This document shows positions 10,164 to 19,782 of a stretch of 64,000 nt of DNA, piece by piece. The notes beneath the pieces are model-generated. The model did no database searches. It was not told the origin of the DNA and saw nothing but the letters and a program-made list of their open reading frames with translations. Numbering within the stretch: the first letter of the stretch is position 1; each line of letters begins with the position of its first letter. The position numbers and the translations under genes were made by a program. The stretch lies in assembly GCA_021734905.1 (NCBI GenBank), contig JAIPIB010000004.1, positions 6,743 through 70,742 on the forward strand, written 5' to 3'. This DNA comes from Minisyncoccota bacterium (GTDB taxonomy: Bacteria > Patescibacteriota > Minisyncoccia > Phycocordibacterales > UBA918).

Positions 10164-10823
10164 CTATCGTTGCGGTGCATGGGATAGGTCTTCAGGATTA
10201 AATATATGATAGAAAAGCTCCGTGAGTTCCTCTGTGCCAAGAGGAGCCGTTCGAATACCGATTCTTGAAAGTCCTTGTTCAACAACAGAGACACGTTGGT
10301 CGAGTTGTGTACGGTCTTCAAAAAACTTATCTTGCGATTCAACGGGAGTTTTAACTTTTGGCCGTAAAAATTGCTTAATACCTTTTACCTCAAGATTTGA
10401 TGGTGTGTACGGGACGACAATAAAAAAGTTCTTCGTCATAATATCCACCTGGCTTGTGAATGTTTGGATAAATTCCATATATTCACGAAGTTGAATTTTC
10501 ATAAGATCATTGTCCTGAAGGGGCTGCCTTGAAGTAAGTACTTCAAGATAAGGACGAATATCGAGCCGTCTTGATTGGATATATATTTGAATAGAAAAAT
10601 CAATGGAATTTAAAAATGATTGAAATTGAGAAAGTATTGCCTGCTGTTCATCGGTCGATTTTAAAGCGAAGTTTATCGATGAGGCAAGGAGTACCATACA
10701 CATCTGACCATCCTTTAAAATAACCACATCATCATGGATGTCATTTATTGGGACGAACTGTTGTGTTGCATTTTGTGTTGCCATGATATTAATCAGCAGT
10801 AGGATTTTCGAGTTTATGAGCAA
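10164..10823 (-). CDS. VirB4 N-terminal domain encoded as a separate ORF (split or frameshifted VirB4)
   Basis: 219 aa. The motif pattern (PINDIHDDVVILKDGQMCMVLLASSINFALKSTDEQQAILSQFQSFLNSIDFSIQIYIQSRRLD) matches the conserved N-terminal region of VirB4/CagE/TraC ATPases. Summed with the 597 aa downstream ORF it gives ~816 aa, the typical VirB4 length. Confidence 0.5.
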   Translation of the reverse strand: MLINSKILLLINIMATQNATQQFVPINDIHDDVVILKDGQMCMVLLASSINFALKSTDEQQAILSQFQSFLNSIDFSIQIYIQSRRLDIRPYLEVLTSRQPLQDNDLMKIQLREYMEFIQTFTSQVDIMTKNFFIVVPYTPSNLEVKGIKQFLRPKVKTPVESQDKFFEDRTQLDQRVSVVEQGLSRIGIRTAPLGTEELTELFYHIFNPEDLSHAPQR

Positions 10824-11208
10824 GGGCCGTCAATGTGCGTTTTTGAGAAGGAAGAGAAGCTTCTTCCGAAGGAAGTTGAGGTGAAGATTTTGATGAGATA
10901 GTTTGCTCTTGCTCTTTCCTCCAAAAATACAACTTACTCTTGGTTGTATAATTGATAAAAGATTCTAAAAATATTGAGAAGGGTCGGTTGTTTATGCGAT
11001 GGAATGCAAGCGACGCAGAAAGAACTCCAAGTGGTACGCCGAACATAACAAAAAATATAAACGGAAGACTAATATAGAGCACAATAAGAGTTCCAGCACC
11101 GCCAGCGAGATAAATGAACTGACGCCATGTGAGGGGGCCAATGATTTTATCCTCGATCTCTATAAATTGTGGAACTTCAAATCGCATAGGTTTATTGTAC
11201 ATCATCAC
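10789..11208 (-). CDS. VirB3-like small two-TM membrane protein
   Basis: 139 aa with two adjacent hydrophobic helices (FIYLAGGAGTLIVLYISLPFIFFVMFGVPLGVLSASLAF). Its 3' end overlaps the VirB4 N-domain ORF, which is the usual VirB3-VirB4 order. Confidence 0.45.
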   Translation of the reverse strand: MMMYNKPMRFEVPQFIEIEDKIIGPLTWRQFIYLAGGAGTLIVLYISLPFIFFVMFGVPLGVLSASLAFHRINNRPFSIFLESFINYTTKSKLYFWRKEQEQTISSKSSPQLPSEEASLPSQKRTLTALAHKLENPTAD

Positions 11209-11240
11209 GGCACCCAGTCATGATGGATGTCTGGATTAAT

Positions 11241-11831
11241 TTATGAACTCTTCTCTTCAGTATCGTGAGTGGCGGCGCTTGTATTTTCCGTTTTAGTATC
11301 AGTGCCCTTGATTTGCTTAGAGTCACTTGCCATTGTCCGATTTGGTGCTAGAGCTTTAAGTACTTCTTCTCGGGTAAGGGGTTTTGGACCCACTCCCCCA
11401 CCACCGATTGGGGAACTTTCCCCTTTTGGCCAATGCTCAGTATGCCCACCATTCCCTTCCGTCACATCTGGAAGTGAAGTATTTTCCTCAAGTTCCTTCT
11501 TCCAGAGATATTCAAATGCTTGGAGGTCGTCAATGACTGGAGAAAGGACCAATGTTTCTATAAGTGTCGCAAGGTGCTCACTTGTTTCAAGTGAGAGAGA
11601 GGTGCTTTCTTGGATATGTTGAGTAAGCTCAAAAAGAGGAGAATAGAAAGTGAGGACAAGCATCACCTCGTTTTCTATTGACTCGTAGAGTGCCACATCC
11701 ACACTTTCAAATTCAAGGATATCGAGGAGCTCTTTTTTAAAAGATTGTGCAGAGACAATGGCATTACACTGTGGGTACTCAAGAAGACGTTTCTTGAGGA
11801 GGATTTCAGCTTCTTGGCGTGTTATTTCCAT
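11241..11831 (-). CDS. Acidic cytoplasmic protein of the T4SS-like operon
   Basis: 196 aa with no TM segments and a Gly-rich C-terminal tail. Translational coupling is suggested: its start ends 5 bp before the upstream gene's stop. Confidence 0.4.
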   Translation of the reverse strand: MEITRQEAEILLKKRLLEYPQCNAIVSAQSFKKELLDILEFESVDVALYESIENEVMLVLTFYSPLFELTQHIQESTSLSLETSEHLATLIETLVLSPVIDDLQAFEYLWKKELEENTSLPDVTEGNGGHTEHWPKGESSPIGGGGVGPKPLTREEVLKALAPNRTMASDSKQIKGTDTKTENTSAATHDTEEKSS

Positions 11832-11836
11832 AATGT

Positions 11837-13930
11837 TTAACTTTTATTTTTAAGCGCATCAACAAGGGCATCATTTCGAGCGTCTTCCTTTGTCTTCTTG
11901 ATCAGCTTGTTAAAAGCCTTTCGTATTGCTTTTCCAGCCGCGTGTTCATGAGACAGAAGACGCCCAACTGGCCATGTGGATAGGAAGTTGCTTTTTTCAA
12001 GAACCGCTGCGTATCCTTCAATACCTTGTGAGGAAATTTCTCGTTTGAGGTTAGTCGCCTGCTTTTCCATTGTCTCTATAAGACCACGGGCTAGCTTACG
12101 TTCTTCAGCATTAGTAATTTTCTTGAAATCATCCCATGATTTCTTAATGTCAGCTCGCAATTCCTTATACTTGTTCTTCATCTCGTCCGTTTTGCCAAAA
12201 TTGGTACTACCAAGGACGCGACGTTGCTTTTCTTGTTCATATTTCTGTTTGTTTTCTTTGATTGTATTTTCGATAGTTCTAATTGCTGTCCTCTGCGCTG
12301 CTCGTCCCGGGTCACCCTTAGGAAGGTCGTCAAGTTTTTCTTTAGCCCGCACAAGAGCAGCTTCGCCTGTTGTGACCAAATCCTTATACCGTGCCACAAC
12401 TGGATCCGTATCATCAACCTCACCTAAAGATTTAGCAAATTTCATCTCCTTTTCCTCAACTTCTTTTTTAACGGTTGTGTACCCGCCCTTCCTCCCATCT
12501 CCTATACCAAGTGCCCTTCCGACACCGCCGACATTCCGTGCATCAAATGAAGCGTCTCCTACAGCACGAGTCCCCTTAAGGGCGCGACGCGCCAAAAAGC
12601 CAACAGCACCTCTTTTGCTGGCGGTGTCTTTAAGAGATTCCCTTTCTGATATTTTATGTGCCCCCCATCCAATCGTTGCTCTTCCAGTACGTGCGGCGAG
12701 GCCAGCCGTCGTTGCACCAATCATTTCTTTTGTTTTACCAACCACCATGTCCCCGCCTTTGATTCCCATTTTTTGTGCAAGTTGGAGAGAGAAGATGAGG
12801 AACATGATGACGATAACAAAGTTGAGGATAACGTTGAGGCTTCCACTTCCGGTAAAAGCATTCACAAATGAGTCGCCCGAACTTATGTTAAGTGCCGCCG
12901 TTACTGAGGAAAGGACGGAAATGGAGATAAGGAGAAGGAGTAGGTATGCTGGAGCGAAGAAGGAGTAGCTTATGAGTTTTCCCCAAAGATTACCCGCCTG
13001 CGCTGCTGTTTTTGGAAAAACTGTTGCAGCAAAGAGAATTGGCGAAAAAATCATTATAAGAATGAGTGCAACAAAACGCACAATGAGAAGAACACCTCCT
13101 GCGGCAAGAACAAAGCCAGCTACGACAAGCATTATTGATGCCATGACATAGAACCAGAGACTGTTGTCAGACGTTAATCTATTGAGAACTTCGGGATTTT
13201 TTGGTTGTGTATAAAAAGTAGTGATTCCAAGCTGTTGGGCAAATTTTGAAGAAATGTCGCTGTCTCTTGTGTCAGAAATTATCGACGTATAAATTTGCGA
13301 TGCGGTGAGATTTGAGAAATCGATGACAACTTTTGTAAAGAAGAGACTGAAGTTAATAAGAAGCGCGCCAATAATAATTTTTGAAAGGATAGATTTAAAT
13401 GAAGAATTTCCAGGGTCAAGGATCGTCCGAATTCCGAGAAAAATGAATCCAAAAATGAAGGCGAGATTTGCAATATCACGGATAAGTTTCCATATATTGT
13501 TTACAGTCTCGCCAAGGGGCGATTTTGTCATTTTGTCACCCATTTTGAAGACCAGTTCTTCAACAGCTGTTTCAAGGATATTCCCACCGAGCCAAGTAAC
13601 CATCGCGGCTGTGGAGAGTATAGCAAGACCGAATTTTGCTTCCCATGAGGTAGAGGGAGCATTTCCTTCAGCCTTCGGAGCCGATGGCTTTGCCTTAGTA
13701 GCAGCGGGTGCAGCAGCAGCATTTCTTTTTGCAGCATCGGCAGTTACTTCAGTAGGATCCATATCTGCAATTTGTGCAGAGACGCGAGATGTTTGTAGAG
13801 AGATTGCCTGAGTGGAATTATTTGATGCAACTGCGAAAAGAGAGACAGACACTGGAGCAAAAATAATACAAAATACCAAAAACCCTGGAAGGATTTTTTT
13901 GAGTATCATGTTGTTTGTATTTTTTGTCAT
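11837..13930 (-). CDS. VirB6/TrbL-like polytopic inner-membrane protein
   Basis: 697 aa. It has a signal/anchor, an Ala-rich linker, at least six central hydrophobic helices, then a charged coiled-coil-like C-terminal third. This is the architecture typical of VirB6-family channel subunits. Confidence 0.5.
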   Translation of the reverse strand: MTKNTNNMILKKILPGFLVFCIIFAPVSVSLFAVASNNSTQAISLQTSRVSAQIADMDPTEVTADAAKRNAAAAPAATKAKPSAPKAEGNAPSTSWEAKFGLAILSTAAMVTWLGGNILETAVEELVFKMGDKMTKSPLGETVNNIWKLIRDIANLAFIFGFIFLGIRTILDPGNSSFKSILSKIIIGALLINFSLFFTKVVIDFSNLTASQIYTSIISDTRDSDISSKFAQQLGITTFYTQPKNPEVLNRLTSDNSLWFYVMASIMLVVAGFVLAAGGVLLIVRFVALILIMIFSPILFAATVFPKTAAQAGNLWGKLISYSFFAPAYLLLLLISISVLSSVTAALNISSGDSFVNAFTGSGSLNVILNFVIVIMFLIFSLQLAQKMGIKGGDMVVGKTKEMIGATTAGLAARTGRATIGWGAHKISERESLKDTASKRGAVGFLARRALKGTRAVGDASFDARNVGGVGRALGIGDGRKGGYTTVKKEVEEKEMKFAKSLGEVDDTDPVVARYKDLVTTGEAALVRAKEKLDDLPKGDPGRAAQRTAIRTIENTIKENKQKYEQEKQRRVLGSTNFGKTDEMKNKYKELRADIKKSWDDFKKITNAEERKLARGLIETMEKQATNLKREISSQGIEGYAAVLEKSNFLSTWPVGRLLSHEHAAGKAIRKAFNKLIKKTKEDARNDALVDALKNKS

Positions 13931-13945
13931 GTGTTTGTAGTGGCT

Positions 13946-15391
13946 CTAGAAGTCTACTTTGCGACAAGCAACGTCAACGGAATTCGTGAAAGTTTGAATT
14001 TGTGTACCAATGTCAGGAATAGTGATTCGTTCGAGACGAACGGTATCGGCAGCAGAATGTATTTGTCCTGCAGTTCTGTAGGAGTTGAAAATGTTAATTA
14101 AATTAAGCTCAGCTTCGGGGATGTTCGTTCCATGGTATTTCGTAAGTAGGCCTGAGGTAATAGATGCAGATGTTGCACTATTTCTGAGAAGATTGTAATC
14201 GTCACGAAGCGTCGTTAGTTTTGCTATGCGAATCGTTGTTGTTGCTGCTTCATTTTGGGCACCTGACTGGATTGAACTTAATGATGAAGACAGTGCACCA
14301 GAATGACATTTCGCTTCTTCCCCATACATACGCACTTTGTAGCCACGAGCATTATTTAAGGTACTGATGATCTGGTTTTGGAGTGCGAGATACTTCGTCT
14401 CGTCAATAATTGGCGTAGCAAAGACATCCTCAGGAGCAGTAGCTGCACTCCGTGGAATAGCCTCAGCAGACATTCGATCAAAGTAATTACCAGAGCCATT
14501 TTGGGAGTTGGTAAGTCCAAGGAGCCCTCCAGCTCCTGAGAGAACTGTTCCTGCAAGTTGAGAGAAGAGTGCTCCAACAAGTTCGTTCATTTCGTCTGCG
14601 ACTTCAAGTCTCCGTCCGGGGCTTCCAATAGCATCGTTGAGGGTGTTTTGAATAATATTTCCTGGGGTGGTAATGTTCCCTTTTTCATCTTTGAAAGAGA
14701 GGAATCCTTGGCCAAAATCAAGAAGCTTTACCTCGCGACCTTGGGCATTACGAATGCTGAGAGCTAGCGCGGTCTGTGCCTCAAGTACAGCACCATACGG
14801 ATTGTTTTGTGGAGTGAGTGTCATACTTCGCCATCCATCCCATCCTCCAGCAGCAAAGTCACCATTAACAAAAGCGTCGACATTTTTGACGACATCACTA
14901 AGTCGACATTGGGTAGTGTAAGTTCGACTCTTTCTATATTGAAGATCAACGGCAAATTGAACATTGAGCTTAAAGGGCGAACAGAGTCCTGCAAGATTTG
15001 ATCCATAGATGAAATCTCCTGCAATTTTGTCTGCTATATCAGTAAGGAATCCCTCAAGATCAGTTATGAACGCAGGACTTCCCTTGAAACCAGAATTCAC
15101 CCACTGTGTTGTGCTCCGTATCATTTCTTTAAGCATGATATTGATTAGCGCCCATGCAATCATGTCAAATGTAAACTCTTTAAGTACGATAGCGTCAGTA
15201 GCTTGGCTTGTAAGTTTAAGTATTGTTTGTCCAACAACAGTTTCTACAATGTGCGCTGGGTCAATAACGACTTCCCAGGCCTCAACTTTATTAAGTGAAA
15301 ACGTCTGAGAAACCGGAGAAAAAACAAAACTACAGACGAGAAGTAGTGTCGTGCATGAAAAGAATAATTTTTTATACGGAATTTTTTTCAT
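13946..15391 (-). CDS. Secreted protein with signal peptide, in the T4SS-like operon
   Basis: 481 aa. N-terminal signal (LFFSCTTLLLVCSFVFSPVSQTFS); the start overlaps the stop of the upstream gene by 4 bp. Confidence 0.5.
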   Translation of the reverse strand: MKKIPYKKLFFSCTTLLLVCSFVFSPVSQTFSLNKVEAWEVVIDPAHIVETVVGQTILKLTSQATDAIVLKEFTFDMIAWALINIMLKEMIRSTTQWVNSGFKGSPAFITDLEGFLTDIADKIAGDFIYGSNLAGLCSPFKLNVQFAVDLQYRKSRTYTTQCRLSDVVKNVDAFVNGDFAAGGWDGWRSMTLTPQNNPYGAVLEAQTALALSIRNAQGREVKLLDFGQGFLSFKDEKGNITTPGNIIQNTLNDAIGSPGRRLEVADEMNELVGALFSQLAGTVLSGAGGLLGLTNSQNGSGNYFDRMSAEAIPRSAATAPEDVFATPIIDETKYLALQNQIISTLNNARGYKVRMYGEEAKCHSGALSSSLSSIQSGAQNEAATTTIRIAKLTTLRDDYNLLRNSATSASITSGLLTKYHGTNIPEAELNLINIFNSYRTAGQIHSAADTVRLERITIPDIGTQIQTFTNSVDVACRKVDF

Positions 15392-16275
15392 GGTGTGTCA
15401 AAAAGGTAAAAAGCTGCCCCCGGCTCGTCATTCGTATAAGCAACCCCCTGCGCGGTGAGAGCGGAGCCAATTGTTTGAAGGGCAAAGAAAAGTGACTGTG
15501 TATCATCTTCATAACCACGTACACGCGCCAATGAATAGAGTGGGTCAGTAAACGAAACTTGCATTGCACCGATGTCGGTTAGGATTGATTCATATGCATT
15601 CACGAGATCGAGATGCATGAGTGCAAGACTTACAGGTACCTGCATCGCAAGTGTGTCCCTAATAATGTTGGTATAAGCTTGATAGATTGGAGTAAGTGCA
15701 TCAAGCTCTCTTGAATCATTTGTTTCAAGTGCCCGCTGGAGTATAAGTGCTTCATTTTCATTATTGATTGAATATCTCAGTATTATCTCAGTGACTTGAT
15801 TACCATAATCTCGAATTGCTTCAGGCGAATCAGGAATAAGTGCGAGCTCAAGTCTTGTGTGTCGCACGCTGAGGGTGTTTTGGTCGATGGCATCAACAGC
15901 TTTTCCAACAAATGCAGAAGGATCACTAAAATCAACACCTTGCATTTTACCCGTCAGGTAATCCTGGAAAAAAGCTTCTGAAAATTTACCGGTAAGTGTT
16001 GTTGGAGATTGGTACTCATCGTCTCCATAAACTGGAATCGTTGAAGATGGGGTGATAATGGTATCAAAAGCCTTTGCCTCAAGAGCTTTTTGCCAATCTT
16101 GGACGCCGTCGCCGTCGCTATCTTTTGCGTCAATAAGAGTACGTGTCGAAGGTGGGGCAGCAACTACTGATCCTTGCAATGAGGCTTCGTTCGAAGTGTT
16201 CCCCACATACAAAGCACTAAGGATTACTACAATCCCTACCGCGAGCGCACCTCCTATACTAATGATGCCTTTCAC
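15388..16275 (-). CDS. Membrane-anchored extracytoplasmic protein, first gene of the T4SS-like operon
   Basis: 295 aa. Single N-terminal TM (IISIGGALAVGIVVILSALYVG). Confidence 0.5.
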   Translation of the reverse strand: MKGIISIGGALAVGIVVILSALYVGNTSNEASLQGSVVAAPPSTRTLIDAKDSDGDGVQDWQKALEAKAFDTIITPSSTIPVYGDDEYQSPTTLTGKFSEAFFQDYLTGKMQGVDFSDPSAFVGKAVDAIDQNTLSVRHTRLELALIPDSPEAIRDYGNQVTEIILRYSINNENEALILQRALETNDSRELDALTPIYQAYTNIIRDTLAMQVPVSLALMHLDLVNAYESILTDIGAMQVSFTDPLYSLARVRGYEDDTQSLFFALQTIGSALTAQGVAYTNDEPGAAFYLFDTP

Positions 16276-16440
16276 ATGAAATGCTTACTTATAAAGTATA
16301 CCAATTACATACGTAAACTGTTGGTAGTTTATGTATAAACTGTGGTTAACTCACTAAGTTTTTGTGTATTGTGTGTGGAAAAAAATTATCAAAAATAAAG
16401 CCTCTTGGAGGAGAAAGTTGGCAGGTTTTTTTCGGTATAA

Positions 16441-17283
16441 TTATCGTGGTATTTTTGTTTTCTCTAGAATTTTCTTACAGAGATTAATCCAGATAGGCAA
16501 AGCCAGGTCCTCTCCCCTGACCTTCAAAGAAATATTGAGTGTGGAAAAGATGTGAATAAGTGAGCCCCTATCGAGGATTATCAGTAAATTCCCTATAAGT
16601 TGCTTCCTTTTTGACTTAAATCCTTCGTGAAGAATAGCGAAAAAATCTTCTTGGGTAATCCCCTCAAGGCGGTCCTTAGAAATGTCTGAAATAGCGATAA
16701 TCGCTGAGTCAATTTTAGGTTGAGGAGTGAAATTCCCCCTCCCAACCGTTTTTACATACTTTGGCTCACCAAAAACCTTAACAGAAAGAGAAAGGAGGGA
16801 CTCTTTTTTATCTCTCACGATACGCACAGCGACCTCTTTCTGTACTAAAAAAACCAAGGTTGCGGGTTGTATATTGTGTTCTAGAAAAAAACGGAAAAGA
16901 AAACCAGATAGGTAATAGGGGATGTTGGCGATTATCTTGTAGGCGCGAGGCCGAAGGCCGAGCGCTTCCAAATCTACCTCACGAATATCTCTATCCACAA
17001 TAACTAGCTTTTTAGCCGTTATTTCAGCAAAAAATGTTGTGTTAAGGGCCTCTATAGCACGATGATCAGTTTCTATCGCTACCACTTTCGCCCCTCGTTC
17101 AAGGAGCTCTCGAGTGAGAGCTCCTGTTCCCGGTCCGATTTCAAGCACAATATCCGCCTCCATCACCTCGCCTGCATCTGCCATCGCTCGAGGAATCCCT
17201 GCATTATTAAGAAAATTCTGCCCCAATGATTTTTTCGCATCGATTTTAGTTAGATTTTCATGCATAGAGACAAGTATAGGCAC
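16441..17283 (-). CDS. rsmA: 16S rRNA (adenine1518-N6/adenine1519-N6)-dimethyltransferase
   Basis: LGQNFL motif, a SAM-binding site (VLEIGPGTGALT) and the KsgA-family length. The true start may be the internal Met at MHENLTKID. Confidence 0.85.
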   Translation of the reverse strand: MPILVSMHENLTKIDAKKSLGQNFLNNAGIPRAMADAGEVMEADIVLEIGPGTGALTRELLERGAKVVAIETDHRAIEALNTTFFAEITAKKLVIVDRDIREVDLEALGLRPRAYKIIANIPYYLSGFLFRFFLEHNIQPATLVFLVQKEVAVRIVRDKKESLLSLSVKVFGEPKYVKTVGRGNFTPQPKIDSAIIAISDISKDRLEGITQEDFFAILHEGFKSKRKQLIGNLLIILDRGSLIHIFSTLNISLKVRGEDLALPIWINLCKKILEKTKIPR

Positions 17284-17342
17284 GCATTCTTAAAAAGCAA
17301 AGGAATTCAATGCTTGTCTTGTCACAAATTGACATGCTAATA

Positions 17343-17362
17343 TATAGCGATTAATCGCTATA
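17343..17362. promoter_or_regulatory. Perfect 20-bp palindrome TATAGCGATTAATCGCTATA, 13 bp upstream of the TrpR-like gene
   Basis: The sequence is its own reverse complement. A related palindrome (ACTATCGCGATAAATCGCGATAGT) forms the stem of the terminator just downstream of the same gene. Confidence 0.5.
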
Positions 17363-17374
17363 TAAGTTTTGCAT

Positions 17375-17782
17375 ATGACTCGCATTTCAAAAGAAACACT
17401 TGATCCAAAAGTGCAGAAGCAACTTTTTTCTCAGTTCAGTGGACTACTCATGGCGAAAAACAAAAAAGCTCTCGGAGAAATACTCAGGTCTTTGTTCACT
17501 GATGCGGAGATAGTTATGCTTACAAAACGTCTAGCAGTTATCTACTTGCTCATTGAAGGATATTCTTCGTATGCAATTTCCAAGCAGCTTCTTGTTAGTG
17601 ATTCTACCGTTAGGAACCTTAAAAGACAGCTTGAAGTAGGAAGATTTGATGCAATGACAGCAAGCCTGAGAAACAAAAAATTTAATAAGGAAGAATTTTG
17701 GAAGACGGTCGACCTCCTTCTTAGAGCAGGATTACCACCACGAGGAAAAGGAAGGTGGAAATGGCTTTATGAGGGTCAGTAA
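17375..17782 (+). CDS. TrpR/YerC-family helix-turn-helix protein
   Basis: The segment LTKRLAVIYLLIEGYSSYAISKQLLVSDSTVRNLKRQL resembles the Trp-repressor-like HTH. The ORF track start at 17369 is a TTG; the first ATG is at 17375. Confidence 0.45.
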   Translation: MTRISKETLDPKVQKQLFSQFSGLLMAKNKKALGEILRSLFTDAEIVMLTKRLAVIYLLIEGYSSYAISKQLLVSDSTVRNLKRQLEVGRFDAMTASLRNKKFNKEEFWKTVDLLLRAGLPPRGKGRWKWLYEGQ

Positions 17783-17796
17783 TGCTGTTTAAAAAA

Positions 17797-17845
17797 AGCC
17801 CCCACACTATCGCGATAAATCGCGATAGTGTGAGGACTTTTTTAA
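17797..17845. terminator. Bidirectional intrinsic terminator between the TrpR-like gene and uvrD
   Basis: A 14-bp stem (CACACTATCGCGAT / ATCGCGATAGTGTG) is flanked by an A-run on one side and a T-run on the other. Confidence 0.6.
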
Positions 17846-17847
17846 AC

Positions 17848-19782
17848 CTAGTCAAGGTAAACGGTACGTTCGTATCCTGATTCCGTGGGGTTCTCACTTT
17901 CAATGAGATCGCTTCGAATGTCACTAAGAAATGACGATGGAGAGTTAATGCGCTGACTTCCAAAAATAGTTCGAATGTGTGCATAGGAAAGAAATATTTT
18001 TTTCTTTGCTCGGGTAAGAGCAACATAAAAGAGGCGTCGTTCTTCTTCATTATCAATCCGTTCATCACCAAGTCGTTCATGGGGAAATAGCCCTTCTTCC
18101 AGTCCAGTAATAAACACGTATGGAAATTCGAGTCCTTTAGCAGAGTGAATTGTCATGAGACGGACCGCATCAAACTCTTCTTTCTCTTTGAGTTCATCCT
18201 GATCACTTCCAAGTGCTGCATCCTCAAGGAGGTGTTCAATTGCAACAAGAGGTTCCTCCTCATGGTATTTTGTTCCAAGGGAAACAAGCTCACGAATATT
18301 TTCAAGACGTTCAAGCCCCTCCTCTCCGTCGTGTTTGTAGCCCTCTTCTATGCCAGTATGTCTCATGATAAACGTCAATGTCTCATGCACAGGATGCTCA
18401 CCTGCAAACGTAGCAATTTCCTCAACAAGGCGATTAAAAGAATCAACTTTTTCTCGAGTCTTCGCAGGTAGTTCAGCAGTTCTCCCTTCAACAACTTTGA
18501 GAAGGGTTACTTTTCCGATGCCTCGTGGTGGAGTGTTAATAATGCGAACGAGGTCGTTTGTACTACTTGGGTTGAGTGCATACCGCAAAAAAGAGAGGAT
18601 GTTTTTAATTTCTTTTCTCTCGAAAAATTTTGTTCCAAGCATTTGATAAGGGACGTCGTAGTTGATGAAGGCTTCTTCAAGAGCGCGAGATTGGAAGTTT
18701 GTACGGAAGAGAACCGCAATTTCTGAAGGAGATACGTCATTTTTTACTAAGTCTTTTGCGGTAAGTGCCACATATTCCGCCTCCTCTTGTCCACCCATTG
18801 CCGCGTAGAGAAGAATTTTTTCTCCGACGTGATTGTTTGTAAAAACTTTTTTTGGTGGGCGGTTGAAGTTTTTTTCGATGATGTCATTAGAAGCTTCAAT
18901 GATGGTTTGTGTAGAACGATAATTTTCTTCGAGCATAATAATTTTTGCCTCAGGAAAATGACGCTCAAATTGTAAAATATTTTTTATGTCCGCACCGCGC
19001 CATGAATAAATATTTTGATCGACATCGCCAACGACACAGAGGTTTGCTTTATCGCCTACAATGAGCCGAGCGATCTCATACTGCACACGATTTGTATCTT
19101 GGTACTCATCTATGTGTACATGGGTGTATCGCATCCTATATTTTTCCAAGATCGAAGGATGACTTTTGAGCATGGAGAGCGTCTTCGCAAGAAGATCATC
19201 AAAATCGAGAGCATGTTCTTCTCGTAGAATATCCTCATAGTGTTTCCAGACATCACCTGCAACACGGTCAGGATAGGTCTTTGCATCTCCAGCAAATTCT
19301 GATTGAGGAACCGCATCACCCTTTGCTCGAGAAATGATACTCAGCATTTTTCGAGGTTCAAATTGTTTTGGGTCAAACCCTGCACGAGTGAGGGCTTTTT
19401 TAATGGCGCTCGTCGAGTCACTTCTGTCGTAAATTGTAAATTGTTTTCGAAGTCCAAATACCTCATGGTCTTCACGGAGCATACGAACGCCGAGTGCGTG
19501 GAATGTTGTGACGGTTGGAGACGAGTCAATCCCCGCTCGCATGGTTCCGGTAAAAGTGTGAAGTAAGTGAGTGACCCGTTCACGCATTTCTTTTGCTGCC
19601 TTGTTTGTAAAGGTAACCGCAAGGATCTTCTCAGGAGAAGTTCCTTCAAGAATAAGGTTAATGATACGGTGTGTAATGACACGAGTCTTCCCTGAACCAG
19701 CACCCGCAAGGACAAGTAAAGGGCCGGCCGTTGTTAAGACGGCATTTTTTTGAGCATCGTTTAATCCTTCGAGGTGATTCAT
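17848..19782 (-). CDS. pcrA: ATP-dependent DNA helicase UvrD/PcrA family
   Basis: 644 aa. Helicase motif I (AGAGSGKTRVITHR), plus motifs II-VI and the UvrD-like C-terminal region. Confidence 0.9.
   Translation of the reverse strand: MNHLEGLNDAQKNAVLTTAGPLLVLAGAGSGKTRVITHRIINLILEGTSPEKILAVTFTNKAAKEMRERVTHLLHTFTGTMRAGIDSSPTVTTFHALGVRMLREDHEVFGLRKQFTIYDRSDSTSAIKKALTRAGFDPKQFEPRKMLSIISRAKGDAVPQSEFAGDAKTYPDRVAGDVWKHYEDILREEHALDFDDLLAKTLSMLKSHPSILEKYRMRYTHVHIDEYQDTNRVQYEIARLIVGDKANLCVVGDVDQNIYSWRGADIKNILQFERHFPEAKIIMLEENYRSTQTIIEASNDIIEKNFNRPPKKVFTNNHVGEKILLYAAMGGQEEAEYVALTAKDLVKNDVSPSEIAVLFRTNFQSRALEEAFINYDVPYQMLGTKFFERKEIKNILSFLRYALNPSSTNDLVRIINTPPRGIGKVTLLKVVEGRTAELPAKTREKVDSFNRLVEEIATFAGEHPVHETLTFIMRHTGIEEGYKHDGEEGLERLENIRELVSLGTKYHEEEPLVAIEHLLEDAALGSDQDELKEKEEFDAVRLMTIHSAKGLEFPYVFITGLEEGLFPHERLGDERIDNEEERRLFYVALTRAKKKIFLSYAHIRTIFGSQRINSPSSFLSDIRSDLIESENPTESGYERTVYLD

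Noticed and set aside
11976-12968. 330 aa plus-strand ORF overlapping the VirB6-like gene
   Set aside because: It lies entirely inside the longer minus-strand gene and has low-complexity Ser/Arg/Pro-rich translation. It is a shadow ORF of an Ala/Gly-rich coding region.
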